Made by a program: the position numbers and the translations under genes. Below, one piece after another: positions 10,762 to 20,345 of a stretch of 64,000 bases of DNA. Source of the DNA: an uncultured Candidatus Binatia bacterium (lineage in GTDB: Bacteria > Desulfobacterota > Binatia > Bin18); NCBI GenBank assembly GCA_965214605.1, contig OZ243961.1, positions 2,848,001 through 2,912,000 of the forward strand. The letters run 5' to 3'. Numbering within the stretch: position 1 is the stretch's first letter; the number at the start of each line of letters is the position of its first letter. Under the pieces are notes generated by a model, which did no database searches, was not told the DNA's origin, and was given only the letters and a program-made list of their open reading frames with translations.

Positions 10762-10893
10762 AAGGAGACTCCTTCGACACACCTCTCGGGCGGCATGGTG
10801 TCAGCGGTGCTGAGGCGTGTCAAGCAAGCGCGAAACAGCCTCTTGCCGACAGCTCAGGCCGTGTTAGAGTGCCGGGCAAAGGAGGGGCGATCC

Positions 10894-12303
10894 ATGCAAG
10901 ACCTGTGCTTTTTGTCGATAGCAGAGCTAGCGCACCAGATCCAACGCCGTGAACTTTCTCCGCTTGAGGTCACCCGGGCCTATCTAGATCGGATTCAGGC
11001 CATTGACGAACAGTTGAACAGCTATATCAGCCTCACCGCAGAGCGTGCTCTGGAGGAAGCGAGAGCTGCCGAAGTGGCAATACAGGCTGGAACCTACCGT
11101 GGTCCGCTGCACGGTGTTCCTCTCGCCCACAAAGACATTGTGGCTACCAAGGGGATCAAAACGACCTGTGGCTCGCAGGTTCTTAAAGACGCGCTGCCCG
11201 ACTACGACGGAGCGGTAATTGAGCGCTTGCAGGCCGCCGGCTCCGTACTCCTCGGTAAACTGAATATGAACGAATTTGCGACGATTATCCCCAGCCCGTA
11301 TTTCGGCCCGGTGAATAATCCGTGGAACCCCGAGCACAGTCCCGGCGGGTCAAGTAGCGGTTCGGGAGCCGCGGTCGCGGCGGGCCTGTGTGCCGGGTCG
11401 TTGGGTACGGATACCGGTGGCTCAATCCGTATTCCAGCCGCCTTTTGTGGAACGGTCGGCCTTAAAGCCAGTCACGGGCGGATCAGCCTGTACGGCGTGA
11501 CGCCGTTGGCTTGGTCACTTGACCACATTGGACCGCTGACCAGAACCGTGAAGGATGCCGCGCTCATGCTGCAAGCCTTGGCCGGCTACGATAGGCGAGA
11601 TTTCGTCTCAAGCCGGACGCCTGTTGTCGATTACACGGCAAAACTGAATGGGGAGATCAAAGGCATGCGCCTTGGGGTGCCGACGCGCTTTTTTCCCGAC
11701 TATACCGACCCTGAGGTCCAGGGGGCTTTTGAGCGAGCCGTCCGGGTGATGACAGATCTTGGGGCCCAGGTCGAAGAGGTCGAGCTGCCTGAGCTTGACC
11801 GGGTATGGCCCGACATTGCCGAGGTATTGCTGAACGCGGAGGCCAATGTGTGGCATGAACCCTATCTGCAAACTCAGGCCGACGATTATGGCCCTAAAGT
11901 CCGCCGTTTTCTCGAACGGGGCAAACCGACGCTGGCCACCGACTACGTCAAAGCCCAGCACGCCCAAGTCCGATTTCGCCAGGATATGCAGACCCGTTTT
12001 GGCCGGCTTGATGCGGTCTTAACCCCAGGTGAGCTAATTCCTCCTCCACGCCATGACGCTCGTTCGGCGACACTCAACGGCCGAGAGGTCAAGCTCATGT
12101 CGGCCCTAATCTCTGCCACCTGTCCGTTTAACGTGACAGGCCAGCCGGCTTTGAATGTGCCGTGCGGTTTTACCCGCAGTGGACTGCCGATTGCGCTTCA
12201 GATTGTCGGCAAAGCGTTTGATGAGGCGACTGTGTTGCAGATTGGACACGCCTATGAAGTCCACACCGACTGGCATACGCGACGGCCGCCGTTGGAGGGC
12301 TGA
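10894..12303 (+). CDS. Amidase signature family protein
   Basis: [31 protein letters not shown]; ATG 10894 after GGAGG. Confidence 0.92.
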   Translation: MQDLCFLSIAELAHQIQRRELSPLEVTRAYLDRIQAIDEQLNSYISLTAERALEEARAAEVAIQAGTYRGPLHGVPLAHKDIVATKGIKTTCGSQVLKDALPDYDGAVIERLQAAGSVLLGKLNMNEFATIIPSPYFGPVNNPWNPEHSPGGSSSGSGAAVAAGLCAGSLGTDTGGSIRIPAAFCGTVGLKASHGRISLYGVTPLAWSLDHIGPLTRTVKDAALMLQALAGYDRRDFVSSRTPVVDYTAKLNGEIKGMRLGVPTRFFPDYTDPEVQGAFERAVRVMTDLGAQVEEVELPELDRVWPDIAEVLLNAEANVWHEPYLQTQADDYGPKVRRFLERGKPTLATDYVKAQHAQVRFRQDMQTRFGRLDAVLTPGELIPPPRHDARSATLNGREVKLMSALISATCPFNVTGQPALNVPCGFTRSGLPIALQIVGKAFDEATVLQIGHAYEVHTDWHTRRPPLEG

Positions 12304-12678
12304 GTGTAAAATGACGGGAAATAAAGATTGACATGGGAAAGTCTCTACATGCCTAAGCCCTCGTGTCTGTGAGCTGAAGGCCCTGTTTTTGCCTGGGATT
12401 TGGGTGGGCCTGGGCAATCCAACACTCGGCCTTAAGTGACAGGGCAGCCCTGAGGAGCACGCCCGCTCCCCAAGACCGAACTCGGCCTTGCCTCTGATAT
12501 GACCTCTGTCCTGACCCTCGGATACCCGAGACACCGCGGTGAAGAATGCTGCCAGGGGCGCTTCCCCTGACGGGCTTCCCTCCCTAGAGGCGGATCTGCG
12601 TGATTATGCCCTTGGAGGAGAGCCGTGCCAGAGCCCGCTCTGCTCTCATCTCCCTCTTGAAGGAGTATTCCCAATAGC

Positions 12679-13494
12679 TCAGAGTGTCTCTGAAGCGAGC
12701 CTCTCCCGGGCTTCTTTGACCATTGCTACCAGCACCTTACGCGCCTCCTGACTGCTGCGAACCTCGTGCGGGAAGGCTAACCGCAGCCCACGGAGCCGTT
12801 CTCTGGTACGCACCCGTAGGCGAAACCCTAGACGATCGATCCCTATCATTTCGGCGGCATCGGCTTCTATGTCGCGGTACGCCCGACAGTACAGTCGCAA
12901 CGCATCGGCGTGGTCTGCGTTCATATGCGCAATGATCCCGGCCGCCACCTCGGCCAAGGGGTCCCGCTCGGCCGCTCTGTAATCGGCGGTCGCTACCCAG
13001 CTCATTGCCCCAAAGCCTCCGACGTAATACACGTCGGTCACGTCTAGGCGATAGAAACCAAAATCGTCGAAATCGACCCACGACCGCGCGTTTTCATGAC
13101 GCGCCAGATAACCCGTCCTGCTCCTCTTGAGGTCCGCCTCGGGCAGAGCTGTGACATTCCCCATCAGCGTTGCGCGTGCCCCGGCCAGCGGGTCGCCGCT
13201 CCAGCCGGGCTGGGTGACCAAAAGGCTGGTGCGTGGATCGGCCATGAGGTTTTGGGTATGCATCGCCATCATGCTAATCAGAAACACCGGCCGTCCGTGG
13301 TCATCAAGCGCATACGGCATAAGCGAACCAAATGGCCAGCCCGGATGTCTCCGGGACAGCGTGGAGAGGGTACCGGTTCGGGCCAGATGCAGCAGGGTGC
13401 GCGCCTGTTCGGCAAAAGACGGTTCGGGCACGCTCGGAGTTGATGCGTCTGTCCGGGCGTGTTGACTCCCGATTTGGTTGGATGCTTGCGGCAT
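12679..13494 (-). CDS. HugZ/PNPOx-like split-barrel protein with C-terminal DUF2470
   Basis: GTLSTLS, PFGS, MAMHTQNL, YYVGGFG, IIAHMNADHAD. Confidence 0.88.
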   Translation of the reverse strand: MPQASNQIGSQHARTDASTPSVPEPSFAEQARTLLHLARTGTLSTLSRRHPGWPFGSLMPYALDDHGRPVFLISMMAMHTQNLMADPRTSLLVTQPGWSGDPLAGARATLMGNVTALPEADLKRSRTGYLARHENARSWVDFDDFGFYRLDVTDVYYVGGFGAMSWVATADYRAAERDPLAEVAAGIIAHMNADHADALRLYCRAYRDIEADAAEMIGIDRLGFRLRVRTRERLRGLRLAFPHEVRSSQEARKVLVAMVKEARERLASETL

Positions 13495-13546
13495 AGAGAT
13501 CTCCTCCGGAAAGTGTGGACAGCCTCATCACCAAGGCAGGCCGACC

Positions 13547-14947
13547 TCAAGGCCATTTCACCTCGGCGTCCCTCACATATTGCCGGACCCACGCCAGGGC
13601 TGCCTCACGGCTCGACACCTGGCCGTCTAGCTGCGCGTCTTCGACCGCGGTCAGAATGTCTTTGAAGCGTGGTCCGGGCCGCAGGCCAAGGTCGATGAGA
13701 TCACGGCCATTCAGGAGACGAGGCGGAGCGATGTGGAGCGGCCCAAGGGCCGCTCGCTGTTGATGGCAGAACTCGTATGGACGTAGGTCGCCGCTTGAGG
13801 CTAGGGCGTCCATACGAGCGAGCTCTAATAATTCTTCGATTCCTTCTTCGCGGAGAAATCGCTTGAGTTTGGCCTGGCGCATATCCGGGGCGTCGAGTAA
13901 ACGCAGATGGTTCTTGACCAGATAGGCTACCCGTTGCCATACCGCGCGCGAACGTCTCAACCGTTGACAGATGGCGACGGCCCGCTCTGCTCCCTGTTCG
14001 CAGTGACCATAAAATGTAATGCGCTCTCCCTGCTGGTTCCGACATTGAGGCTTGGCCACGTCGTGCAGCAGAACGCCTAGCGCCAAGGTTTCACTCGGCC
14101 GATCATCCCCTCCCCGCTTATCTAGCTCGGCCAGCACCAGCAGGGTGTGGGTGAAAACATCCCCTTCGGGATGAAAATCCGGCGATTGCTCGACGCCGCG
14201 CAGCATCTCAATTTCGGGCAGGATGGCGGCTAACAGGCCGGACTCAGACAAGAGCTGAAACCCACGGTGGGCTCCACCCCGGGTGAGAATCTTGACGATC
14301 TCATCACCGATACGTTCCCAGGCGATAGTGCTGAGCGTTGGCGCTAGGGCTCGGATGGCGGCGAAGGTCTCGGGAGCAATAGAAAATCCTAGCTGACCGG
14401 CAAACCGAACGGCGCGAATCATGCGCAACCGATCCTCACCCAAACGGGCGAACGGATTGCCAATAGCCCGGATCACCCCCTTGGCAAGGTCTTGTTGGCC
14501 GCCGACATAATCAATGACCCGCTCCGTAGCGATATCGTAGAACATGCCGTTGATCGTAAAGTCACGCCTCAGCGCATCTTCCCGCGCATCGCCAAATCGG
14601 ACACTGGTCGGGTGGCGTCCGTCAAGGTAGCTGCCGTCGGCGCGAAAGGTCGCCACCTCACACCGGATATCTTCGACCAAGGTGGACGACGAGCCCTGCT
14701 GCCTCTTCCGGTGGGCCGCCGCGTTCCTCTCTGAGACGAGCACGACCCCGAACTGCGCCCCAATTGGGACGGCGTGTGGAAAAAGACGCAGGACCTGAGC
14801 GGCTTGAGCGCTGGTTGCCACATCAAAATCCTTGGCCTCCAGCCCCAGCAGTCGATCACGAACGCAGCCCCCGACCAGGTAGGCGCTGAAACCGTACGCG
14901 TGCAGGATCTCAATAATCGTTCGGGCGTGACGTTCTTCTGGGCTCAC
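13547..14947 (-). CDS. cca: CCA tRNA nucleotidyltransferase with HD domain
   Basis: VGGCVRD, KDFDVAT, EVATFR..DGRHP, DALRRDFTIN, EDRLRMIRA, HPEGDVFTH, LLHDVAK; start uncertain (GTG 14947). Confidence 0.9.
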   Translation of the reverse strand: MSPEERHARTIIEILHAYGFSAYLVGGCVRDRLLGLEAKDFDVATSAQAAQVLRLFPHAVPIGAQFGVVLVSERNAAAHRKRQQGSSSTLVEDIRCEVATFRADGSYLDGRHPTSVRFGDAREDALRRDFTINGMFYDIATERVIDYVGGQQDLAKGVIRAIGNPFARLGEDRLRMIRAVRFAGQLGFSIAPETFAAIRALAPTLSTIAWERIGDEIVKILTRGGAHRGFQLLSESGLLAAILPEIEMLRGVEQSPDFHPEGDVFTHTLLVLAELDKRGGDDRPSETLALGVLLHDVAKPQCRNQQGERITFYGHCEQGAERAVAICQRLRRSRAVWQRVAYLVKNHLRLLDAPDMRQAKLKRFLREEGIEELLELARMDALASSGDLRPYEFCHQQRAALGPLHIAPPRLLNGRDLIDLGLRPGPRFKDILTAVEDAQLDGQVSSREAALAWVRQYVRDAEVKWP

Positions 14948-15099
14948 CCAGGTATGGTGACATGGGGAAGAAGCGCGATCAACACACGAACAGACTTGTG
15001 AGGCACGGCCCGGATAGCTAGAGTTTCTAAGAGAGAAAATCGAGTGAGCGGATGTGGCGGGCCGGTGGAGGGGCGCCAGACACCGAGGATCGTGGGCTA

Positions 15100-16494
15100 G
15101 TGAAATTGACGGCAAAACAGATCTGTACAGCAACACGTGGGACACTGACCTCCGGGGGGGCGGATACGCTGTTTCGTTCGGTCACGATTGATTCCCGCAC
15201 GGCCACCGAGGGAGCCTTATTCGTCCCCCTGCCCGGTACAAAGACCGATGGCCATGCCTATCTTGGAGCGGCTGTCCAGCGTGGAGCCGCAGGCTTCCTG
15301 TATGCCCGACACGCCGCGCCCTCACTCTTACCGGCAGGAGCGGTGAGCATTGGCGTATCAGATCCGTTAACCGCCCTCCAGGACCTCTCGGCCTGGCACC
15401 GCGCTAGACTGCCCGCCAGAGTCATCGGCATTGCCGGCAGTAACGGCAAGACAACCACAAAAGAACTGCTGGCCCAGGTCTGTGGCGCCCACAGATCTAG
15501 CCTGGCCACCCTGGGCAACCTGAACAATCAGATCGGTCTGCCGCTGACACTGCTTCGAGCCGATGGCGAAGAGGAACTCCTGATCCTGGAGATGGGCACC
15601 AGCGGCCCGGGTGAGCTGACTCTGCTCAGCCGCTTGGCCCGTCCGCATATTGGGGTCATCACCTCAATCGCTGAAGAGCATACTGAGATGCTGACCGATC
15701 TGTCCGGTGTGATCAAAGCCGAGACCGAGTTGATCGCCACTCTGCCCGACGACGGACTGGCGATCGTTCATGGCGATGACACCACCCTGGTGGAGGCGGT
15801 CCGGCGTCAGGCCGGGTGTCGAATTCTCACTTTTGGTGAAAAAAACACCAACATCTTTCGAGCCGCTGACATCCGGGTCTCTCGCCAGGGGACGCGGTTT
15901 GTGTTGCGGACACCGGCAGGGACCCGCCCGGTTCGCCTGAATCTGCTAGGCAGCCATTTTGCCTTAGCCGCGCTCGTTGCGATTGCCGTAGCCGCCGAGT
16001 GCGGCATCGGCCTAGATGGGGTGTGCGAAACCCTGCGTACGGCGCACGGCGCGCCGCGTAGAATGGCGGTCATCGCCGTGCCCGAGCTTGGGCTGACGAT
16101 TCTTGACGACTCTTACAACGCCAACCCCGCCTCTATGCAACAGGCCCTGCTGACCGCCGGACAGGTACGAACCACGGGCGAACGGCTACTCCTCGTGCTG
16201 GGCGATATGCGAGAGCTCGGAGCGCTCAGCTCCGTCCGCCACCAAGAAATGGGGGCCGTGGTGGCGCGTCTCGATCCACACCCGGATCTGCTCATCACGG
16301 TTGGACAAGAAGCCCGGGCTCTTGCCGACCAAGCCCAGGCCAGAGGCGTGTCGGTCCGGACGTTTGCTGCATCGGACAAGGCGGCGCCTTTTATCCACGA
16401 TACCGTTCAGCGCTATACTGGTCCGCAGCTCATATTAGTGAAAGGTTCACGTGGCGTGCAGCTAGAGATCGTGACCCGAGCGCTAACCGGGTAA
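15100..16494 (+). CDS. murF: UDP-MurNAc-tripeptide--D-Ala-D-Ala ligase (MurF family)
   Basis: IDSR, DGH, AGSNGKTTTKE, NLNNQIGLPLT, LEMG, DDSYNANPASM, VLGDMRELG, LVKGSRG. Confidence 0.9.
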   Translation: MKLTAKQICTATRGTLTSGGADTLFRSVTIDSRTATEGALFVPLPGTKTDGHAYLGAAVQRGAAGFLYARHAAPSLLPAGAVSIGVSDPLTALQDLSAWHRARLPARVIGIAGSNGKTTTKELLAQVCGAHRSSLATLGNLNNQIGLPLTLLRADGEEELLILEMGTSGPGELTLLSRLARPHIGVITSIAEEHTEMLTDLSGVIKAETELIATLPDDGLAIVHGDDTTLVEAVRRQAGCRILTFGEKNTNIFRAADIRVSRQGTRFVLRTPAGTRPVRLNLLGSHFALAALVAIAVAAECGIGLDGVCETLRTAHGAPRRMAVIAVPELGLTILDDSYNANPASMQQALLTAGQVRTTGERLLLVLGDMRELGALSSVRHQEMGAVVARLDPHPDLLITVGQEARALADQAQARGVSVRTFAASDKAAPFIHDTVQRYTGPQLILVKGSRGVQLEIVTRALTG

Positions 16495-16498
16495 GACG

Positions 16499-16528
16499 TT
16501 GACGCTGACGGCCAAGTTTGCGTAGAGT
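16499..16528 (+). promoter_or_regulatory. Putative sigma70 promoter of moeA (possibly leaderless transcript)
   Basis: TTGACG(16499)-N18-TAGAGT(16523); ATG at 16535 lies 7 nt after the -10 and has no SD. Confidence 0.5.
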
Positions 16529-16534
16529 TTGGCT

Positions 16535-17773
16535 ATGATATCTGTACACAAAGCAGTCACCCAGATTCTTGAGACCGTTGCCCCACTGGCCGGGGAGCGG
16601 GTCAGCCTGCTTGAGGCCAGCGGGCGGGTCTTGGCCGAGGCTATCCCTGCTGGGCGCGAGGTGCCCCCTTTCAATAATTCGGCAATGGACGGCTATGCTG
16701 TGCGTTGGCAAGATATCCGTGAGGCCGATAGTGACAGGCCTGCCGAGCTGACCATTCTTGAGGTCATCCAAGCCGGCGTCGTCCCAAACAAGACGGTCAC
16801 GCCCGGCACGGCCAGCAAGATCATGACCGGCGCGGTGATGCCGCCTGGGGCAGATACCGTTATTCGGGTCGAGGATACGCAGGAGCGTAACGGGCGGGTG
16901 CTGATCCAGAGGACACACGCATCGGGTGCGAACGTCCGGGCCAAGGGCGAGGACATCCACCCGGGCCAAATGATTTTAGAAAAAGGGCGGGTCCTGCGGC
17001 CGGCCGATATTGGCCTGTTGGCTTCGGTCGGGCGCAGTTTTGTGCTTGTACACCAACGTCCCCGGGTCGCCATTCTCAGCACCGGCAATGAGTTGGTCGA
17101 GGTCGATAGCACGCTACAGCCGGGCCAGATCGTCAATTCCAACGCCTATACCCTTGTGGCCGCGGTCCAGGACGCTGGCGGGGTGCCGATCCCGCTCGAA
17201 ATTGCCCGGGACTCGCTAGACGAGACCCGGGGGGCGCTCAATGAAGCCGTCCGGCACGATGTTGTGCTGTCCACCGGCGGCGTGTCCGTCGGCGATTTTG
17301 ACTTTGTCAAAGCCGCTATGGACGAATTGGGAATAAACCGTCTGTTCTGGCAGGTCGCCCAGCGGCCGGGCAAACCGTTGACCTTTGGCCTGCTCAAAGA
17401 GCGGCTCTATTTCGGTCTGCCGGGTAATCCGGTTTCAGCCCTGGTGTGTTTCTATCTGTACGTCTGCCCCAGCCTACGGCGGATGCTGGGACACACCAAG
17501 CTGTTCCCACCCGTTGTGTCGGCCACCATGAGTGAAGATATCTCCATCGCCAAGAACCTGACTGAATTCGTACGCTGCCAGCTCAGCCAGCACAACGGTC
17601 ACTATATGGTCCGTTCGACCGGCACCCAAAGCTCCGGCGTGCTGAGTTCTCTGTCGCTTGGACATGGGCTGATCATTGGGCCCCGTGAACAGACGCTTTT
17701 AGCCAAGGGAATGGAAGTCAGAGTGATAGTTCTGGATGGGGATGAGTTTGCGGGAGAAGAGGCGCCGTTCTGA
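16535..17773 (+). CDS. moeA: Molybdopterin molybdotransferase
   Basis: PPFNNSAMDGYA, IMTGA, STGNEL, TGGVSVGDFD, RPGKP, LPGNPVS. Confidence 0.96.
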   Translation: MISVHKAVTQILETVAPLAGERVSLLEASGRVLAEAIPAGREVPPFNNSAMDGYAVRWQDIREADSDRPAELTILEVIQAGVVPNKTVTPGTASKIMTGAVMPPGADTVIRVEDTQERNGRVLIQRTHASGANVRAKGEDIHPGQMILEKGRVLRPADIGLLASVGRSFVLVHQRPRVAILSTGNELVEVDSTLQPGQIVNSNAYTLVAAVQDAGGVPIPLEIARDSLDETRGALNEAVRHDVVLSTGGVSVGDFDFVKAAMDELGINRLFWQVAQRPGKPLTFGLLKERLYFGLPGNPVSALVCFYLYVCPSLRRMLGHTKLFPPVVSATMSEDISIAKNLTEFVRCQLSQHNGHYMVRSTGTQSSGVLSSLSLGHGLIIGPREQTLLAKGMEVRVIVLDGDEFAGEEAPF

Positions 17774-19288
17774 GTGAATGAGGAAGTCGTGTCCGCCGAG
17801 ACTGTTGCCCGCCATCGCACGGCTCTGAATCGGACCGGATTATCGCGGCCGATTCGGCTCACTCTTGAGAATGAACTCATTGACGCTGAGACCTCAGTCT
17901 TTGACTACGGCTGCGGTCGAGGAGACGACTTGCGGGCTCTGCACAGGCGCGGCGTGCGGTGTTGGGGCTGGGACCCGACGTATTCGCCCGACACGGAACG
18001 CCGTCAGGCGGATGTTGTCAATCTGGGATACGTCATCAATGTCATAGAAAACCCCGAGGAGCGGGCGACTGCGTTACGGAATGCGTGGGCCTTGACCCAG
18101 AAACTGCTCGTGGTTGCCGCCCGTCTCAGCCTTGAGAGCCCACGCCCTAGTCAGCGCTATCAGGACGGTTTTCTCACCCAACTCGGAACGTTCCAAAAAT
18201 ATTACGAGCAGCAAGAGTTACGAGAATGGATCGATAGTATCCTCGACGTTTCAAGCGTCGCCGTGGCGCCAGGCATCTTCTATGTCTTCCGCGACCCAGA
18301 TTCACGGCAGTCATTTGTCGCGGCGCGGTATCGCCGCTCCTCCGCCGCGCCGCGCCTGCGTCAGAGTGATCTCCTGTTTGAGCGGCATAAGGATCTTTTG
18401 GAGCCGCTAATGGCTTTTCTCAGCAGTCGGGGTCGCCTGCCTGGCGATACTGAGATTGCTGAAATTGCGACTATTTGCCATGAGATTGGCAGTCTCAAGC
18501 AGGCCTATGGAATCATCCGGCGTGTGACAGGCGAGGAGGCGTGGCGTCGCATTGAACAAGAACGCGCTCAGGATTTGCTCATCTATCTGGCCTTGAGTCG
18601 CTTTGACGGGCGTCCCCGTTTTTCTCAGCTGTCTCGCGACCTCCAGCTTGATGTCAAGGCATTTTTCTCGACTTACACCCGAGCGTGTAAGGAGGCCGAT
18701 AGCCTCCTCTTTTCGGCCGGGGATAGGGCTGCGGTAGACAAAGCCTGCCGCGCTGCCGCTGTCGGCAAACTGACTCCAACCGCTCTGTACGTCCATATTT
18801 CGGCTCTGTCCCAACTCCCCGCCCTCTTACGGGTCTACGAAGGCTGCGCCCGAGCCTACATCGGGGCTGTTGAAGAAGCCACCATCATTAAACTCCACCG
18901 AGAGCTGCCACAGATCTCCTACCTGTCTTACCCGGAATTCGACCACGATCCGCATCCGGCCCTCGCCGCATCGCTCCTTGTCCCGCTCCAAACGTTTCGG
19001 GTTCAGCGCCGGGACTACACTAGCTCGAACAACCCGCCAATCTTGCACCGCAAAGAGACCTTTCTCCCCCAAGCCCATCCGCTGTATCCAAAATTCTCCC
19101 GCCTCACCCGCCAAGAGGAGAGATGGGGCCTATACGAAAAATCGACGCGCATCGGAACGCAGCAAGGCTGGGAAAAGACACTCGCCGAGCGGGGGGTCAA
19201 ACTGGCCGGGCACCGACTTATACGGACGTCTCCTAAGGAGAACAAAACAGGGACAGGGCTGTCTGAGCCTGCGGTCAAAACCGAATGA
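17774..19288 (+). CDS. DNA phosphorothioation-associated putative methyltransferase
   Basis: RHRTA..R..LSRP, VFDYGCGRGDD, GWDP, DVVNLGYVINVIE, TFQKYY.Q.EL, SYLSYPEFD.DPHP, NPPILHRKETF. Confidence 0.85.
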   Translation: MNEEVVSAETVARHRTALNRTGLSRPIRLTLENELIDAETSVFDYGCGRGDDLRALHRRGVRCWGWDPTYSPDTERRQADVVNLGYVINVIENPEERATALRNAWALTQKLLVVAARLSLESPRPSQRYQDGFLTQLGTFQKYYEQQELREWIDSILDVSSVAVAPGIFYVFRDPDSRQSFVAARYRRSSAAPRLRQSDLLFERHKDLLEPLMAFLSSRGRLPGDTEIAEIATICHEIGSLKQAYGIIRRVTGEEAWRRIEQERAQDLLIYLALSRFDGRPRFSQLSRDLQLDVKAFFSTYTRACKEADSLLFSAGDRAAVDKACRAAAVGKLTPTALYVHISALSQLPALLRVYEGCARAYIGAVEEATIIKLHRELPQISYLSYPEFDHDPHPALAASLLVPLQTFRVQRRDYTSSNNPPILHRKETFLPQAHPLYPKFSRLTRQEERWGLYEKSTRIGTQQGWEKTLAERGVKLAGHRLIRTSPKENKTGTGLSEPAVKTE

Positions 19289-19758
19289 GAGCCAGAAGTC
19301 GAACAGAGAAAAAGCGTTTTTTGTCTTGACATCTCCCAAAAGAGCTTATGGGGCGGACGCGACGAGTTTGCTGGATAGGCTGCTCCTGAGTAACCATTAT
19401 GTAAACGGGGAGAGAATCGGTCGCCGGCGGCGAAGCGGTTTTTTCGGCTTCCTTACTTGACTTGAAGGAGACGAGCCCGGAGAGTAGACCTTGCTGTGAT
19501 TGATCGTATTTGGCTCGGGTGCCGGAGGTGCCTCCGATGAGGAGAGCTTTATGTGGCAGATGAGCCGCTGAGACAACTCACTCGTGAGGGTTCCCCACCC
19601 GGCTGTCCGCACGTTCAGGTCTCCAGAGGTGAGGTTCCTGGCAGACGGTCAGCTCTGGCAGCCAAGAAGAGGCGCCTCTCTCTCCGCTCCTGTTTCCTCA
19701 CCTTGATTCGGTAAACCTTTTTCGGATAATTAAGGAGGAGAGGAAGGCGGGAGGCGCC

Positions 19759-20025
19759 ATGTTGAATGCAAAGAAGCGCTTATTTCTGCGGCTAGGAGAC
19801 AACGTTATCCACGCCCATTATGAGCAGTGGGGGCTGGGCGCTGTTGTAGAAGAGATGACGTCGAACGTCGTTGGCGGTACATGTTTGGTGCGCATTCTGT
19901 TTGAAGACGGCCAGCAACGGACCTTTAACAACGACCTCGATAATGAGCAGTGTTGTTACTACTTTGGCATGCGGCGGGAGCAACATCAGCTGTTTGACGC
20001 CACTCCCCGACGGTCTGCCCGCTGA
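19759..20025 (+). CDS. Small DUF3553-like protein
   Basis: LGD.V.H..Y.QWG.G.VVE...LVRILFEDG..RTF.NDL...CCYY.G; strong SD. Confidence 0.75.
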   Translation: MLNAKKRLFLRLGDNVIHAHYEQWGLGAVVEEMTSNVVGGTCLVRILFEDGQQRTFNNDLDNEQCCYYFGMRREQHQLFDATPRRSAR

Positions 20026-20053
20026 ACACTGCCCAGAGCTGGTCGCGGGCCGC

Positions 20054-20263
20054 TTACGACTCAGACTGCTGCGATTCCCGCGTATCTAAGGGCTCCCCTT
20101 TGGGGCCCGTCGGCTGAATATTGCGCTTCTCAAGCGTCTGTAGTGTGTGGGGATTCACCCAGGGAAGGCCCATGGCGCAGGGCTTGGCCATGCCCTCTTC
20201 CTCGACTTCCTCATAGTGCGGGAAGCCAACTTTAACAAAGTTGATCATCAGACGTTTTCCCAT
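20054..20263 (-). CDS. Small hypothetical protein (69 aa)
   Basis: ATG preceded by AAGGAG; protein-like composition; fills the gap before ileS. Confidence 0.6.
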   Translation of the reverse strand: MGKRLMINFVKVGFPHYEEVEEEGMAKPCAMGLPWVNPHTLQTLEKRNIQPTGPKGEPLDTRESQQSES

Positions 20264-20345
20264 ACCGTCTGGCTCCTTATTTGCCCATTCTGAGTCTATA
20301 GTCTATACAATACGGTTACCCTGTGGAAAGGCAAGAGACACCACG

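Noticed and set aside
10894-12303. Calling this amidase gatA
   Set aside because: No adjacent gatC or gatB and GatA-specific motifs are missing; three generic amidases occur in the window.
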